Positions 19,585-30,985 of a DNA stretch of 64,000 nucleotides are shown piece after piece. The stretch comes from Phycisphaeraceae bacterium (GTDB lineage Bacteria > Planctomycetota > Phycisphaerae > Phycisphaerales > UBA1924). The stretch spans positions 2,120-66,119 of the forward strand of contig JAHBXK010000018.1 in assembly GCA_019636535.1 (NCBI GenBank), given 5' to 3'. Each line of letters opens with the position of its first letter. The first letter of the stretch is position 1. The notes beneath the pieces are model-generated. The model was given only the letters and a program-made list of their open reading frames with translations. It ran no database searches and was not told the origin of the DNA. Position numbers and translations under genes: made by a program.

Positions 19585-20253
19585 TCAGTTCCCCATGTTG
19601 GTTGAGACGTTCCAGTTCCACGACCCGTCCGAGGTCTGCACACGAATCTCGCCCGGAACGAGGGTGATGTGCTCCAGCTGCACGTGCGTGCCGTCGCAAC
19701 GCTGGGCCATGCGGTGCTCAACAGAAACCACATTGACACTCTTCAGGTCGTACGTGTGCGGCGACGCGACCGTCCCCATCTTCACCGTCACCGTGGGAAT
19801 GAGCGCACCGGTCGTGACCAAGCGGTGAACCTGGCTCGAGTTCAGGCCGGCCTCGCGAACGATCGTGAACTCCGCGACGGAGTAGGTCGTGCCACCGCCG
19901 CCACCGCTTCCGGTGCCCGCCGGCCTGATCCCCCTGTAGTTCATCGACACGATGTCGGTCACGAACGCCATCGACGAGCCGGGCCCACCTCCCGGCACGG
20001 TCGCCGCCGAGAAACTCGCCGTCGGCACATGGGTGCGAGGCATGCCACCGGAAGTGGTCTCACACCCACTCTGGCCCGCCACCGAGCCGGCGATCCCCTG
20101 GATCGCCCCGTAGATCTCGTCGGTCGTCCGCCCGGTCGGTCCGACCGGGCCCGCCGGTGGATTCAGCGGCCCGGCGGTCACGACGGCCACGCCCGCCAGC
20201 ACCAGCCCGCCCATCATCATTGCCTTCGCCCGGATCGTTGTTTCGCGCTGCAT
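19585..20253 (-). CDS. Signal-anchored protein with Hcp-like (T6SS/phage tube-like) C-terminal domain
   Basis: MQRETTIRAKAMMMGGLVLAGVAVVTAG anchor and a GPxGPxG-like linker. The C-terminal roughly 130 aa follow the Hcp1 pattern (IVSMNY ... GSGGGGGTT-SVAEFTIVREAGLNSSQV ... TGALIPTVTVKM ... YDLKSVNVVSVEH ... EHITLVPGEIRV). This is a by-eye match only. Confidence 0.55.
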   Translation of the reverse strand: MQRETTIRAKAMMMGGLVLAGVAVVTAGPLNPPAGPVGPTGRTTDEIYGAIQGIAGSVAGQSGCETTSGGMPRTHVPTASFSAATVPGGGPGSSMAFVTDIVSMNYRGIRPAGTGSGGGGGTTYSVAEFTIVREAGLNSSQVHRLVTTGALIPTVTVKMGTVASPHTYDLKSVNVVSVEHRMAQRCDGTHVQLEHITLVPGEIRVQTSDGSWNWNVSTNMGN

Positions 20254-20523
20254 GACGTCGCTCCTGTGCTGATACCGCTCTTCGCCGGTTCGCGTGCTCG
20301 TTTCGAGCGACCTCCGGCGGCCACGGCTCCGCAAGCAACAACCTATCGGCAATTTCGCCGTGGGCAAGGACGGATCGTGGTGAGTCGCTCGACCTCATCC
20401 GCCGATCGCCCCCGCCCGAACTCCTACCATTGCCCCGCCGCGGTATGCGGCCGCGCTCTGCTGGCTTACGACCAGTCCACCTCCCCCACCCGCTCCTCGC
20501 CCCCTCGCCCGCATCCGTTCACT

Positions 20524-22569
20524 ATGTCCGCCAATCCCCCCAACACGTCCCTGGACCGCGCGCACATCCGCAACTTCTCCATCATCGCGCACATCGACCA
20601 CGGCAAGTCCACCCTCGCCGACCGGCTGCTTCAGGCCACCAACGCTGTTTCCGCTCGCGAGGCCAAGGAGCAGATTCTCGATTCGATGGACCTTGAGCGC
20701 GAGCGCGGCATCACCATCAAGGCCTCGGCCGTCACCGTCTACCACCGCCACAAGCCGGGCAGCAAGTCCGACGATCTCGAGACCGACTACGAAGCACCCG
20801 CCGACGAGACGGGCGAACACCGCGCCGTCAAGGGCACAGCCGATGAGCACGGCGAACTGTTCATGCTCAACTTCATCGATACGCCCGGACACGTCGACTT
20901 CAACTACGAAGTCTCGCGCGCCCTCAAGGCGTGCGAGGGGGCGATCCTCGTCGTCGACGCCACGCAGGGCGTGCAGGCCCAGACCGTCGTGAACGCCTAC
21001 CTCGCGATCAACGAGGACCTGGCGATCGTTCCGGTCATCAACAAGATCGATCTTCCCTCCGCGCGACCCGACGACATGGCGATGGAGGTCGAGCAGGTGC
21101 TGGGCATCCGCGCTGAGGAGTGCATCTATGTCTCGGCGAAGACCGGGCAGGGAATCAAGGAACTACTCGCGGCGATCTGCGAGAAGTTCCCCCCGCCGCG
21201 CGAGCCCGTCACACCCAAACTCCGCGCACTGATCTTCGATGCCGTGTACGACGACTACCGCGGCGTGATCACCTACGTCCGCGTCATGGACGGCGGGCAA
21301 CTCAAGGTCGGTGACAAGATCCGGATGCTCGGCACGGGCCGCACGTTCCAGGTCACGGACCTGGGCAAGTACACGCCCAAGCCCGTGCGCGTGCCGACGC
21401 TCGGCCCGGGCGAGACCGGCTACATCGTCGCCGCGATCCGCTCGCTCAAGGACGTGCGCATCGGCGACACCGTCACGCTCGAACTCGATCCCGCTACCGA
21501 GCCGCTGCCCGGCTACAAGCCGCCGATGCAGATGGTCTTCTGCGACTTCTACCCCGCCACGACCAGCGAGACCAAGGGCTCGGACTTCGAGCAGTTGCGG
21601 GACGCGATGGAGAAACTGAGCCTCAACGACTCGTCGTTCACCTTCCAGCCCGTCCACTCCGATGCGCTCGGCTTCGGCTTCCGCTGCGGCTTCCTCGGCC
21701 TCTTGCACATGGACATCATCCAGGAGCGGCTGGAGCGGGAAGGGAACGTCGAGATCGTCCAGACGGCCCCAACGGTGTCGTATCAGGTGCTCATCCGCGG
21801 CGACGCCAACCAGGCCGTCAAGACCTCCAACAAGGGCGGCATCCCCCCCACCGTCGTCGCCGGCGCGGGCCAGAAGTTCCCCGGCACCGAGCAGATCATC
21901 CCCGAGAACCGCACGCTGCTGGAAGTGCACAACCCCGCCGACCTGCCCGATCCTTCATCGATCGAGGACATCCGCGAGCCGATCTGCAAGGTCGACATCA
22001 TCCTGCCGAAGGAGTACATCGGCGACGTGATGAAACTCTGCATGGACCGGCGGGGGATCTACAAGAGCCAGTCGTTCATCTCCAGCGACCGCGAGATGCT
22101 CACGTTCGAGATCCCGCTCGCCGAGATCATCTACGACTTCTTCGACAAATTGAAGGGCATGACCAGCGGCTACGGCACGATGGACTACGAACTGCTGGGC
22201 TACCGGCCGGACAATCTGGTCAAGATGGACATCTTGGTCAACGGCGACCCGGTGGAGGCGCTCTCGATCATCGTGCACCGCGAGCGGGCGGAGCACCGCG
22301 GCCGGCACCTGGTCTCGAAACTGCGCGAGCAGATCCCCCGGCACCAGTTCGAGATCCCCGTGCAGGCGGCGATCGGCTCCAAGATCATCGCCCGGGAGAC
22401 GATCAAGAGTTTCCGCAAGAACGTGACGGCCAAGTGCTACGGCGGCGACGTGAGCCGCAAGCGGAAACTGCTGGAAAAGCAGAAGGAAGGCAAGAAGCGG
22501 ATGAAGTCGATCGGGAGCGTGGAGATCCCGCAGGAAGCGTTCATGGCGGTGTTGGATCAGGGGGATTGA
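20524..22569 (+). CDS. lepA: Translation elongation factor 4 (LepA)
   Basis: IRNFSIIAHIDHGKSTLADRLL, NFIDTPGHVDF, NKIDLPSA, and the LepA C-terminal domain (KCYGGDVSRKRKLLEKQKEGKKRMK). It carries a roughly 25-aa insertion before the DTPGH motif. The ORF extends upstream to 19669, but that part is non-coding shadow. Confidence 0.95.
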   Translation: MSANPPNTSLDRAHIRNFSIIAHIDHGKSTLADRLLQATNAVSAREAKEQILDSMDLERERGITIKASAVTVYHRHKPGSKSDDLETDYEAPADETGEHRAVKGTADEHGELFMLNFIDTPGHVDFNYEVSRALKACEGAILVVDATQGVQAQTVVNAYLAINEDLAIVPVINKIDLPSARPDDMAMEVEQVLGIRAEECIYVSAKTGQGIKELLAAICEKFPPPREPVTPKLRALIFDAVYDDYRGVITYVRVMDGGQLKVGDKIRMLGTGRTFQVTDLGKYTPKPVRVPTLGPGETGYIVAAIRSLKDVRIGDTVTLELDPATEPLPGYKPPMQMVFCDFYPATTSETKGSDFEQLRDAMEKLSLNDSSFTFQPVHSDALGFGFRCGFLGLLHMDIIQERLEREGNVEIVQTAPTVSYQVLIRGDANQAVKTSNKGGIPPTVVAGAGQKFPGTEQIIPENRTLLEVHNPADLPDPSSIEDIREPICKVDIILPKEYIGDVMKLCMDRRGIYKSQSFISSDREMLTFEIPLAEIIYDFFDKLKGMTSGYGTMDYELLGYRPDNLVKMDILVNGDPVEALSIIVHRERAEHRGRHLVSKLREQIPRHQFEIPVQAAIGSKIIARETIKSFRKNVTAKCYGGDVSRKRKLLEKQKEGKKRMKSIGSVEIPQEAFMAVLDQGD

Positions 22570-22626
22570 CCCCACTGTCAAACTCGCACTCGATCATGCA
22601 TCTGGCATTGTGCGCGGTTTGATCCG

Positions 22627-25677
<3,051 letters not shown>

Positions 25678-25732
25678 TTAATCGTAGGCTTTGTCGGTGA
25701 TTCGGGCTGCGAGCGAACAGACTTCGTCGCGC

Positions 25733-27133
25733 TCATGGCACGATCTTCACCACGCTGATCTTCATCGCCAGCATCTCGTACACGATCTCCACCGGCCCGT
25801 CGGCCAGCCGCACACACCCCATCGACATCTCGCGCCCGATCGACTCCGGCTCGATCGTGCCGTGCAGCCCGTAGCCGGTGATCGCCTTGCTCGCCTCGTC
25901 GTACCCCTCGATCCCCACCCACCGCTCGCCGATCGGGTTCTTCGGGTCGTCGGCCGCGAACTTCTCGCCGGTGCGCGGGTTCACCCACGCCGGGTTCACG
26001 AGTTTGCTGTGCTGCTTGACGATGAAGTTGCCCAGCGGCGTGCTCCCCTTCTCACCGAGGCCGACCGGGAAACTGGTGATGTACATCCACCCCGGCTCCA
26101 TGCCGTCGGGCAGCCCGCTCTGGCCGACCGACGTCGGGCTGGGCACCTCGCCGTGGTAGAGGTCGACGCGGAAGGCCGACTTGCTCACCACCGCGTGGAA
26201 CGGTCCGCGGATGACCTTCAACTTCTGCCCGACGCTCAGGCGGTTGGGGTTGCTCATGCTGTTGATGCGCTGGATGAATCGCCAATCAGGCGTCAATCCG
26301 AGCCGACGGCTGATCCGCTCGAGGCTGTCGCCGGACTGCACCGTGTACACCTCGCTCAGCGTGTCGCCGGGCGCCACGGTCGGTGAGAAGACCAGCGTCT
26401 GGTTCAATTCGCTCATCCAACGCCGGATCTGCGCGCGCTCGGCGGTGGTGGAGGTTCGGTCGAGCAGCGCGCGGTTCAATGTCGCACGAGCCAGCACCGT
26501 CTGCCCGGCACGCTGCTGACGCTCGGCCTCGGCCATCAGCACCTGCGCAGCGCTCGCCGCCTGCGGCGGAAGCGCATCGGGCGTTCCGGTGGGCGTCGTT
26601 GCGGGGGCGGGCGTCGGCTGTGCGGTCGGGGTGGGTGCGGGCTGCGGTTGAGGTTGGGGCTGTGGCCGCGGCTGACCTTGGGGTTGAGGTTGGGCCGTGG
26701 GTGCCGGATCGCCCAGTCTGCGCGACCGGCTGCCGCCGCTTCCGTCGGCCGGGTTCGTCCGAGCGGCTTGCCCACCTGACATGTCCAGCACGAGCATGGG
26801 CGAGGATGCCCCGGATGGGGGAGAACCGGACGGATGTCCGCCCGGCGATCCCAACAAGCGCACGGGCGACTCGCTCGGACCAACCCGGCTGGTCGAGGCC
26901 AGTTCCGCGCTCGGGCGGTCGACGTTGGACTCCGCCGCGGAGGCCGGGCTTGGAGCGTTGCGGAAGGCGAGGTAGCCGATCGCCGTAAGTCCAGACAAGA
27001 TAAAGATTAAGATCACGATCGCGCGGACACCGCCGTTGCCGAAGCGGGTGCGTGCCTTGCGGCTGGAGCGGTATTGCGACTGCGCCAGATGCGGGTTGCC
27101 GCGAATGCGAGGCTGTTGAGACGTGAGCGACAT
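25733..27133 (-). CDS. LysM-domain L,D-transpeptidase (YkuD family) with N-terminal membrane anchor and PQ-rich linker
   Basis: TM anchor (AIVILIFILSGLTAIGYLAF), (PQ)n/PAPTP linker, LysM (YTVQSGDSLERISRRLG ... NRLSVGQKLKV), and the YkuD catalytic region (GLHGT ... SMGCVRL). Confidence 0.88.
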   Translation of the reverse strand: MSLTSQQPRIRGNPHLAQSQYRSSRKARTRFGNGGVRAIVILIFILSGLTAIGYLAFRNAPSPASAAESNVDRPSAELASTSRVGPSESPVRLLGSPGGHPSGSPPSGASSPMLVLDMSGGQAARTNPADGSGGSRSRRLGDPAPTAQPQPQGQPRPQPQPQPQPAPTPTAQPTPAPATTPTGTPDALPPQAASAAQVLMAEAERQQRAGQTVLARATLNRALLDRTSTTAERAQIRRWMSELNQTLVFSPTVAPGDTLSEVYTVQSGDSLERISRRLGLTPDWRFIQRINSMSNPNRLSVGQKLKVIRGPFHAVVSKSAFRVDLYHGEVPSPTSVGQSGLPDGMEPGWMYITSFPVGLGEKGSTPLGNFIVKQHSKLVNPAWVNPRTGEKFAADDPKNPIGERWVGIEGYDEASKAITGYGLHGTIEPESIGREMSMGCVRLADGPVEIVYEMLAMKISVVKIVP

Positions 27134-27286
27134 CGCGTAACCTCCCTGCGGAGCGACGGTTAGAGCAATCGGACGATCCGGTTGTTCGTGTGCGGGGCCG
27201 AGCGTGTTCGCGTTGTGGCCCAGCCAACCGAGTCATCGGATTATCGACAATTCAAGGGGTGTGGGGCGAGCGGGTTTCGCCGAGTG

Positions 27287-27901
27287 TCACGGGCGACTCT
27301 CTTCCACCCCACCGGAAGTGACTAGCAAATCCATCCGCGCATCGTGCCCTTCCACCGGCACGCGCTCCACCACCTGCCACTCGAACGCCACGCCCACGAG
27401 CGATCGGCCCGCATCCCGCGGCAGCGACCCCAGAAACCGGTCGTAGAACCCGGCGCCACGGCCCAATCGCCCGCCGCGCCGATCGAACGCCACCCCCGGC
27501 ACAACGATCGCCCCCAACTCCGCCGGATCCACCTCCCCCAGTTCCTCGCGTGGTGAGCGCAACCCCAGCCGGGCGTTCACGCGGTCCGGGATCAGGTCCC
27601 GCGACCAATCCTCGACTCGCGCTGGGCGCATCGTCTTGTCCTGCCAGTTCACCCGCGGCAGGCAGACCGTCCGCCCGCGCTCCAGCAACCCCATCGCCAC
27701 CGGCGTGACGTCCACCTCGACCTTCATCGGCGCGTACAGCATCACCCCCCGTCGGGCCGGCACGCGCTCCAGCAACCATTCCAGCAGATGCCCGCTGATG
27801 CGCGCCGACTCGGTGTCGCGAACGTCCTCGCCCGCTGCGCACGCATCGCACCGCAGCCTCTCGCGCATCGCCCGCTTCTGCTCCGCGATCGATTCCGTCA
27901 T
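27287..27901 (-). CDS. 5-formyltetrahydrofolate cyclo-ligase
   Basis: KRAMRERL..., VMLYAPMKVEVD, IVVPGVAFDRRGGRLGRGAGFYDRFL and the MTHFS C-terminal motif. Its start overlaps the rarA stop (ATGA at 27898-27901). Confidence 0.85.
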   Translation of the reverse strand: MTESIAEQKRAMRERLRCDACAAGEDVRDTESARISGHLLEWLLERVPARRGVMLYAPMKVEVDVTPVAMGLLERGRTVCLPRVNWQDKTMRPARVEDWSRDLIPDRVNARLGLRSPREELGEVDPAELGAIVVPGVAFDRRGGRLGRGAGFYDRFLGSLPRDAGRSLVGVAFEWQVVERVPVEGHDARMDLLVTSGGVEESRP

Positions 27902-29382
27902 GCTCCACCCCCGCTCTTCTTCCCCTCGCGCAGTCTGCGCACTTCCTCCAGCCGCTCCTTGATCGTCCGCTCATACCCGTGCTCGGTCGGCTCGTAGTAC
28001 CGCTTCGCTACGCACAGGTAGTCCTGCGTCCCCACGATCCCCACACCGCCCGGCGAAGTCTTGATCCCGTCCGTGTGCGCGTAGGCGTACCCCGCACCGC
28101 CCTTGAGCCCATCGCCCGCCGATTTGGTCGCCGCCTTGCGCACGTTGCCGTCCTTGATGTGCACCGGCACCGGGATCGTCCGCCCCTCCTTCACGTCCTC
28201 AATCGCCGCGTTGATCGCGTTATAGCTCGCGTTGCTCTTGGGCGCGGCGGCCAGATAGCAAGCGCACTGGCTCAGCGTGATCCTCGCTTCGGGCATGCCG
28301 ATCCGTTCGACCAGTTGCCACGCCGCCGCAGCGACCATGATGCCGCGCGGATCAGCATTGCCGATGTCCTCGCTGGCCAGGATCGCCAGCCGGCGCGCGA
28401 TAAAGCGCGGGTCCTCACCCGCGTCCAGCATCCGCGCCATCCAGTAGACCGCCGCGTCCGGGTCGCTGCCCCGCACGCTCTTGATCATCGCGCTGATCGC
28501 GTCGTAATGATCGTCGCCCGAGCCGTCGTAGACCGCGGCTTTCTGCTGGATGGATTCCTCGGCGATCTCACGAGTAACGCGGAGTGGAGGTAACGACGCG
28601 CGTGACGCCGAATCGATCTCGTCCTCTTCCCCCTTCGTGCCTTCGCGCCTCAGTGCCTCAGTGCCTTCTTCATGCCTCCGTGGCTCCGTGCCTGCTTTCC
28701 CAGCGGAACTCAGAACAGCGACCTCGAGCGCCGTCAACGCCCTTCGCACATCCCCATCGCACTTCACCGCCCACACCCGCAGCGCATCCTCGTCCACGTG
28801 CAGATCCAATTTCCCGTACCCGCGCTCCACGTCCGCGATCGCCCGCTTCAGCACCGCGATCACGTCCTCCTCCGGCACCGGCTCCAGCCGCAGCAGCGTC
28901 GACCGCGACACCAGCGCCGAGTTCACCGCGAACAGCGGGTTCTCCGTCGTGGCCCCGATCAGCGTCAGCACACCGCGCTCCACGTCGCTCAACAGCACGT
29001 CCTGCTGGCCCTTGTTGAACCGATGGATCTCGTCGAGGAACAGCGCGGTCTTGCGGCCCGAGTCCAGCAGCCGGGCCTTGGCCTGGTCGATGATCTCGCG
29101 GATGCGCGCCACGCCCACGCTCGCCGCGTTCTCACGCTCGAAGTGCCGGTTCGCCGCGCGAGCGATCACCTCCGCCAATGTCGTCTTGCCCGTCCCCGGC
29201 GGGCCGTGCAGGATCAGGCTCGTCAGCCGATCCGCCGCCAGCATCCGCCTCAGCAACTTCCCCTCGCCCACGATGTGCTTCTGCCCGGCGATCTCGTCGA
29301 GCGTCCGCGGCCGCATCCGCACCGCCAGCGGCTCCACCGCCCGGAGCGCTTCGTCTCGCTTGCGTTGCCACAGATCGGCCAT
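27898..29382 (-). CDS. rarA: Replication-associated recombination protein A (RarA/MgsA AAA+ ATPase)
   Basis: LAVRMRPRTLDEIAGQKH, LILHGPPGTGKTTLAEVIA, LFLDEIHRFNKGQQD, IGATTENP, and the MgsA C-domain (YDAISAMIKSVRGSDPDAAVYW ... ASEDIGNADP). ATG at 29382. It contains an extra roughly 30-aa repeat-encoded insertion (see findings). Confidence 0.9.
   Translation of the reverse strand: MADLWQRKRDEALRAVEPLAVRMRPRTLDEIAGQKHIVGEGKLLRRMLAADRLTSLILHGPPGTGKTTLAEVIARAANRHFERENAASVGVARIREIIDQAKARLLDSGRKTALFLDEIHRFNKGQQDVLLSDVERGVLTLIGATTENPLFAVNSALVSRSTLLRLEPVPEEDVIAVLKRAIADVERGYGKLDLHVDEDALRVWAVKCDGDVRRALTALEVAVLSSAGKAGTEPRRHEEGTEALRREGTKGEEDEIDSASRASLPPLRVTREIAEESIQQKAAVYDGSGDDHYDAISAMIKSVRGSDPDAAVYWMARMLDAGEDPRFIARRLAILASEDIGNADPRGIMVAAAAWQLVERIGMPEARITLSQCACYLAAAPKSNASYNAINAAIEDVKEGRTIPVPVHIKDGNVRKAATKSAGDGLKGGAGYAYAHTDGIKTSPGGVGIVGTQDYLCVAKRYYEPTEHGYERTIKERLEEVRRLREGKKSGGGA
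28635..28693. repeat. Degenerate tandem octamer array (core GTGCCT on the + strand, GGCAC(G/T)(G/A)AG on the coding strand) inside rarA
   Basis: Units are tcgtgcct 28635-42, tcgcgcct 28643-50, cagtgcct 28651-58, cagtgcct 28659-66, tcttcatgcct 28667-77, ccgtggct 28678-85 and ccgtgcct 28686-93. The array is translated in frame as ...GTEPRRHEEGTEALRREGTKGEE... Confidence 0.7.
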
Positions 29383-29516
29383 GCGCCAAGGGTAGTTCGA
29401 CGCCGCACCGACCATGTTCACTCTCCCCAGAACACACCGCATGATCGCGGCGCGATGTCGCTGCGCTGACACCCCCGCCTCCTCCGCCCCTTGCTTCCCC
29501 GTACACTCGCCACCGC

Positions 29517-30278
29517 ATGCACGCCGTGCCCGTCTCGCCCGCCATCCTCGGCCCGATGCTCGTCGCCGCCGGCGCGTGGCTGCTCTGGGCGCTCGCTTCG
29601 GCCCGCCTTGCACGCAACAACCCTCGGCTCGAGCCCGTCGCGGGCGCCTTCATGTTCATGCTCCGCCTGTACGCTCGCCTCGTCCATCGCCTGCGCATCG
29701 AGGGCCGCGAGCACATCCCACGCTCACGCACACCCGGACCGCTCATCGTCGTCGCCAATCACACCGCGGGCATCGACCCGATTCTCGTGCAGGTCGCCTG
29801 CCCTTTCGAAGTCAAATGGCTCATGGCGCGCGACATGATGATCCAGGGAGCCGCCGGACCCTGGGCCGCCGCGGAGGAACTCTGGGAGTTCACGGGCGTC
29901 ATCCCCGTCAACCGCGACGACTCTCGAGGCGACGCCACCGCCGCTCGCGCAGCCCTCGCCCACCTCAAGGCCGGCGGGATTGTCGGCGTTTTCCCCGAAG
30001 GAGCCATCGCGCGACCGCGCGCCACCATCCTCCCGTTCAATCCCGGGGTCGGCCTGCTCGCACGCCGCTCCGGCGCTCCCGTCCTGCAGGTCGTCATCGA
30101 CGGAACTCCAGATCGACCCACCGCCTGGGGCTCGCTCGCGCGTCCCTCCCGCTCGCGCCTCCGCTTCCTTCCACCGAAGACCTTCACGGCGGCCGAAGCG
30201 CCCGAGGCCGTCGCGAAGGCCCTTGAGGATCGCCTCGTCGATGCAACCGGTTGGCCGCGAGCGGAACGCCAAGCCTGA
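29517..30278 (+). CDS. 1-acyl-sn-glycerol-3-phosphate (lysophospholipid) acyltransferase, PlsC family
   Basis: HX4D motif (VVANHTAGIDPIL), the FPEG motif (VGVFPEGAI), and an N-terminal hydrophobic segment. Confidence 0.85.
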   Translation: MHAVPVSPAILGPMLVAAGAWLLWALASARLARNNPRLEPVAGAFMFMLRLYARLVHRLRIEGREHIPRSRTPGPLIVVANHTAGIDPILVQVACPFEVKWLMARDMMIQGAAGPWAAAEELWEFTGVIPVNRDDSRGDATAARAALAHLKAGGIVGVFPEGAIARPRATILPFNPGVGLLARRSGAPVLQVVIDGTPDRPTAWGSLARPSRSRLRFLPPKTFTAAEAPEAVAKALEDRLVDATGWPRAERQA

Positions 30279-30298
30279 CACGCCGGTCGATCCCGCCG

Positions 30299-30904
30299 TC
30301 AGTCCGATGTCGCCGAGCCGCCGCCCGCGTCCGCCCCGCCGTTCTCGCCGTTGGCCGGTCGCGGCAGCGCCGTGAACGCCGCAAGGCCGAACGGTCGGGC
30401 CGTCAGACCGCTGCTCGAAACCTCGCCGTCGCCCCCCTGCTGCGCCTCGGCGAGTTTCTGCAACTGCTCGATCAGTTCCGGTGTCAGCGAGTGCATCCCG
30501 CGAACCTCGTGCACCGGCAGCGTGAACACCTCGCCGTCGGGCGTGATCACACGGAAGATCGTGCACTGCACCGCGATCGAGGCTTCGCGCTCCCATGCCG
30601 AGCCAGGGATCGAGCACGCGAACAGCGGAAAGATCCGCCCGATGGCGATGCGCTCGCCCGCGTGCGTCAGCACCGCGAACCGACCGTCGAACATCTCCGG
30701 CTGCTGCTGGCACAGCACGCTCAACCCGTTGAGCATCTCGCGCACGACGTTGTGCCAGTACAACTCGCGCGTGCGCAGCACCTCGGTCGCCGTCAGCGAG
30801 TGCGTGTGCGCGTGCGGATGTCCGTTCGGGTGCGCACCTGCGCCCGCATGAGATCCCGCGTTCCCGCCGGCATGGGTCGATTCACGCACCATCGGCTCCT
30901 GCAC
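30299..30904 (-). CDS. Hypothetical protein with His-rich N-terminus
   Basis: 201-aa ORF beginning ...STHAGGNAGSHAGAGAHPNGHPHAHTH. Composition is coding-like. No family recognised. Confidence 0.5.
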   Translation of the reverse strand: MQEPMVRESTHAGGNAGSHAGAGAHPNGHPHAHTHSLTATEVLRTRELYWHNVVREMLNGLSVLCQQQPEMFDGRFAVLTHAGERIAIGRIFPLFACSIPGSAWEREASIAVQCTIFRVITPDGEVFTLPVHEVRGMHSLTPELIEQLQKLAEAQQGGDGEVSSSGLTARPFGLAAFTALPRPANGENGGADAGGGSATSD

Positions 30905-30985
30905 TCGGGTCGGTACGCCGCGGCGATCGCGCTGGCATCCCGTCCGGCACGATTGTTCGCAACCCGAGGCCGCTTCGCGGGATGG

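Noticed and set aside
19669-20523. 285-codon 5' extension of the lepA reading frame.
   Set aside because: The extension translates to Arg/Pro/His-rich nonsense and overlaps the opposite-strand Hcp-like gene. Canonical LepA begins at MSANPP...IRNFSIIAHIDHGKST (ATG 20524).
22570-22626. Possible dif (XerC/D) site in the lepA/gyrB convergent spacer. On the minus strand it reads accGCGCAcAAtgccagatgcatgatcg.
   Set aside because: Only the GCGCA.AA part resembles a XerC arm (7/11 to the E. coli arm). There is no TTATG-type XerD arm and only weak dyad symmetry. It is not convincing without a lineage-specific dif model.
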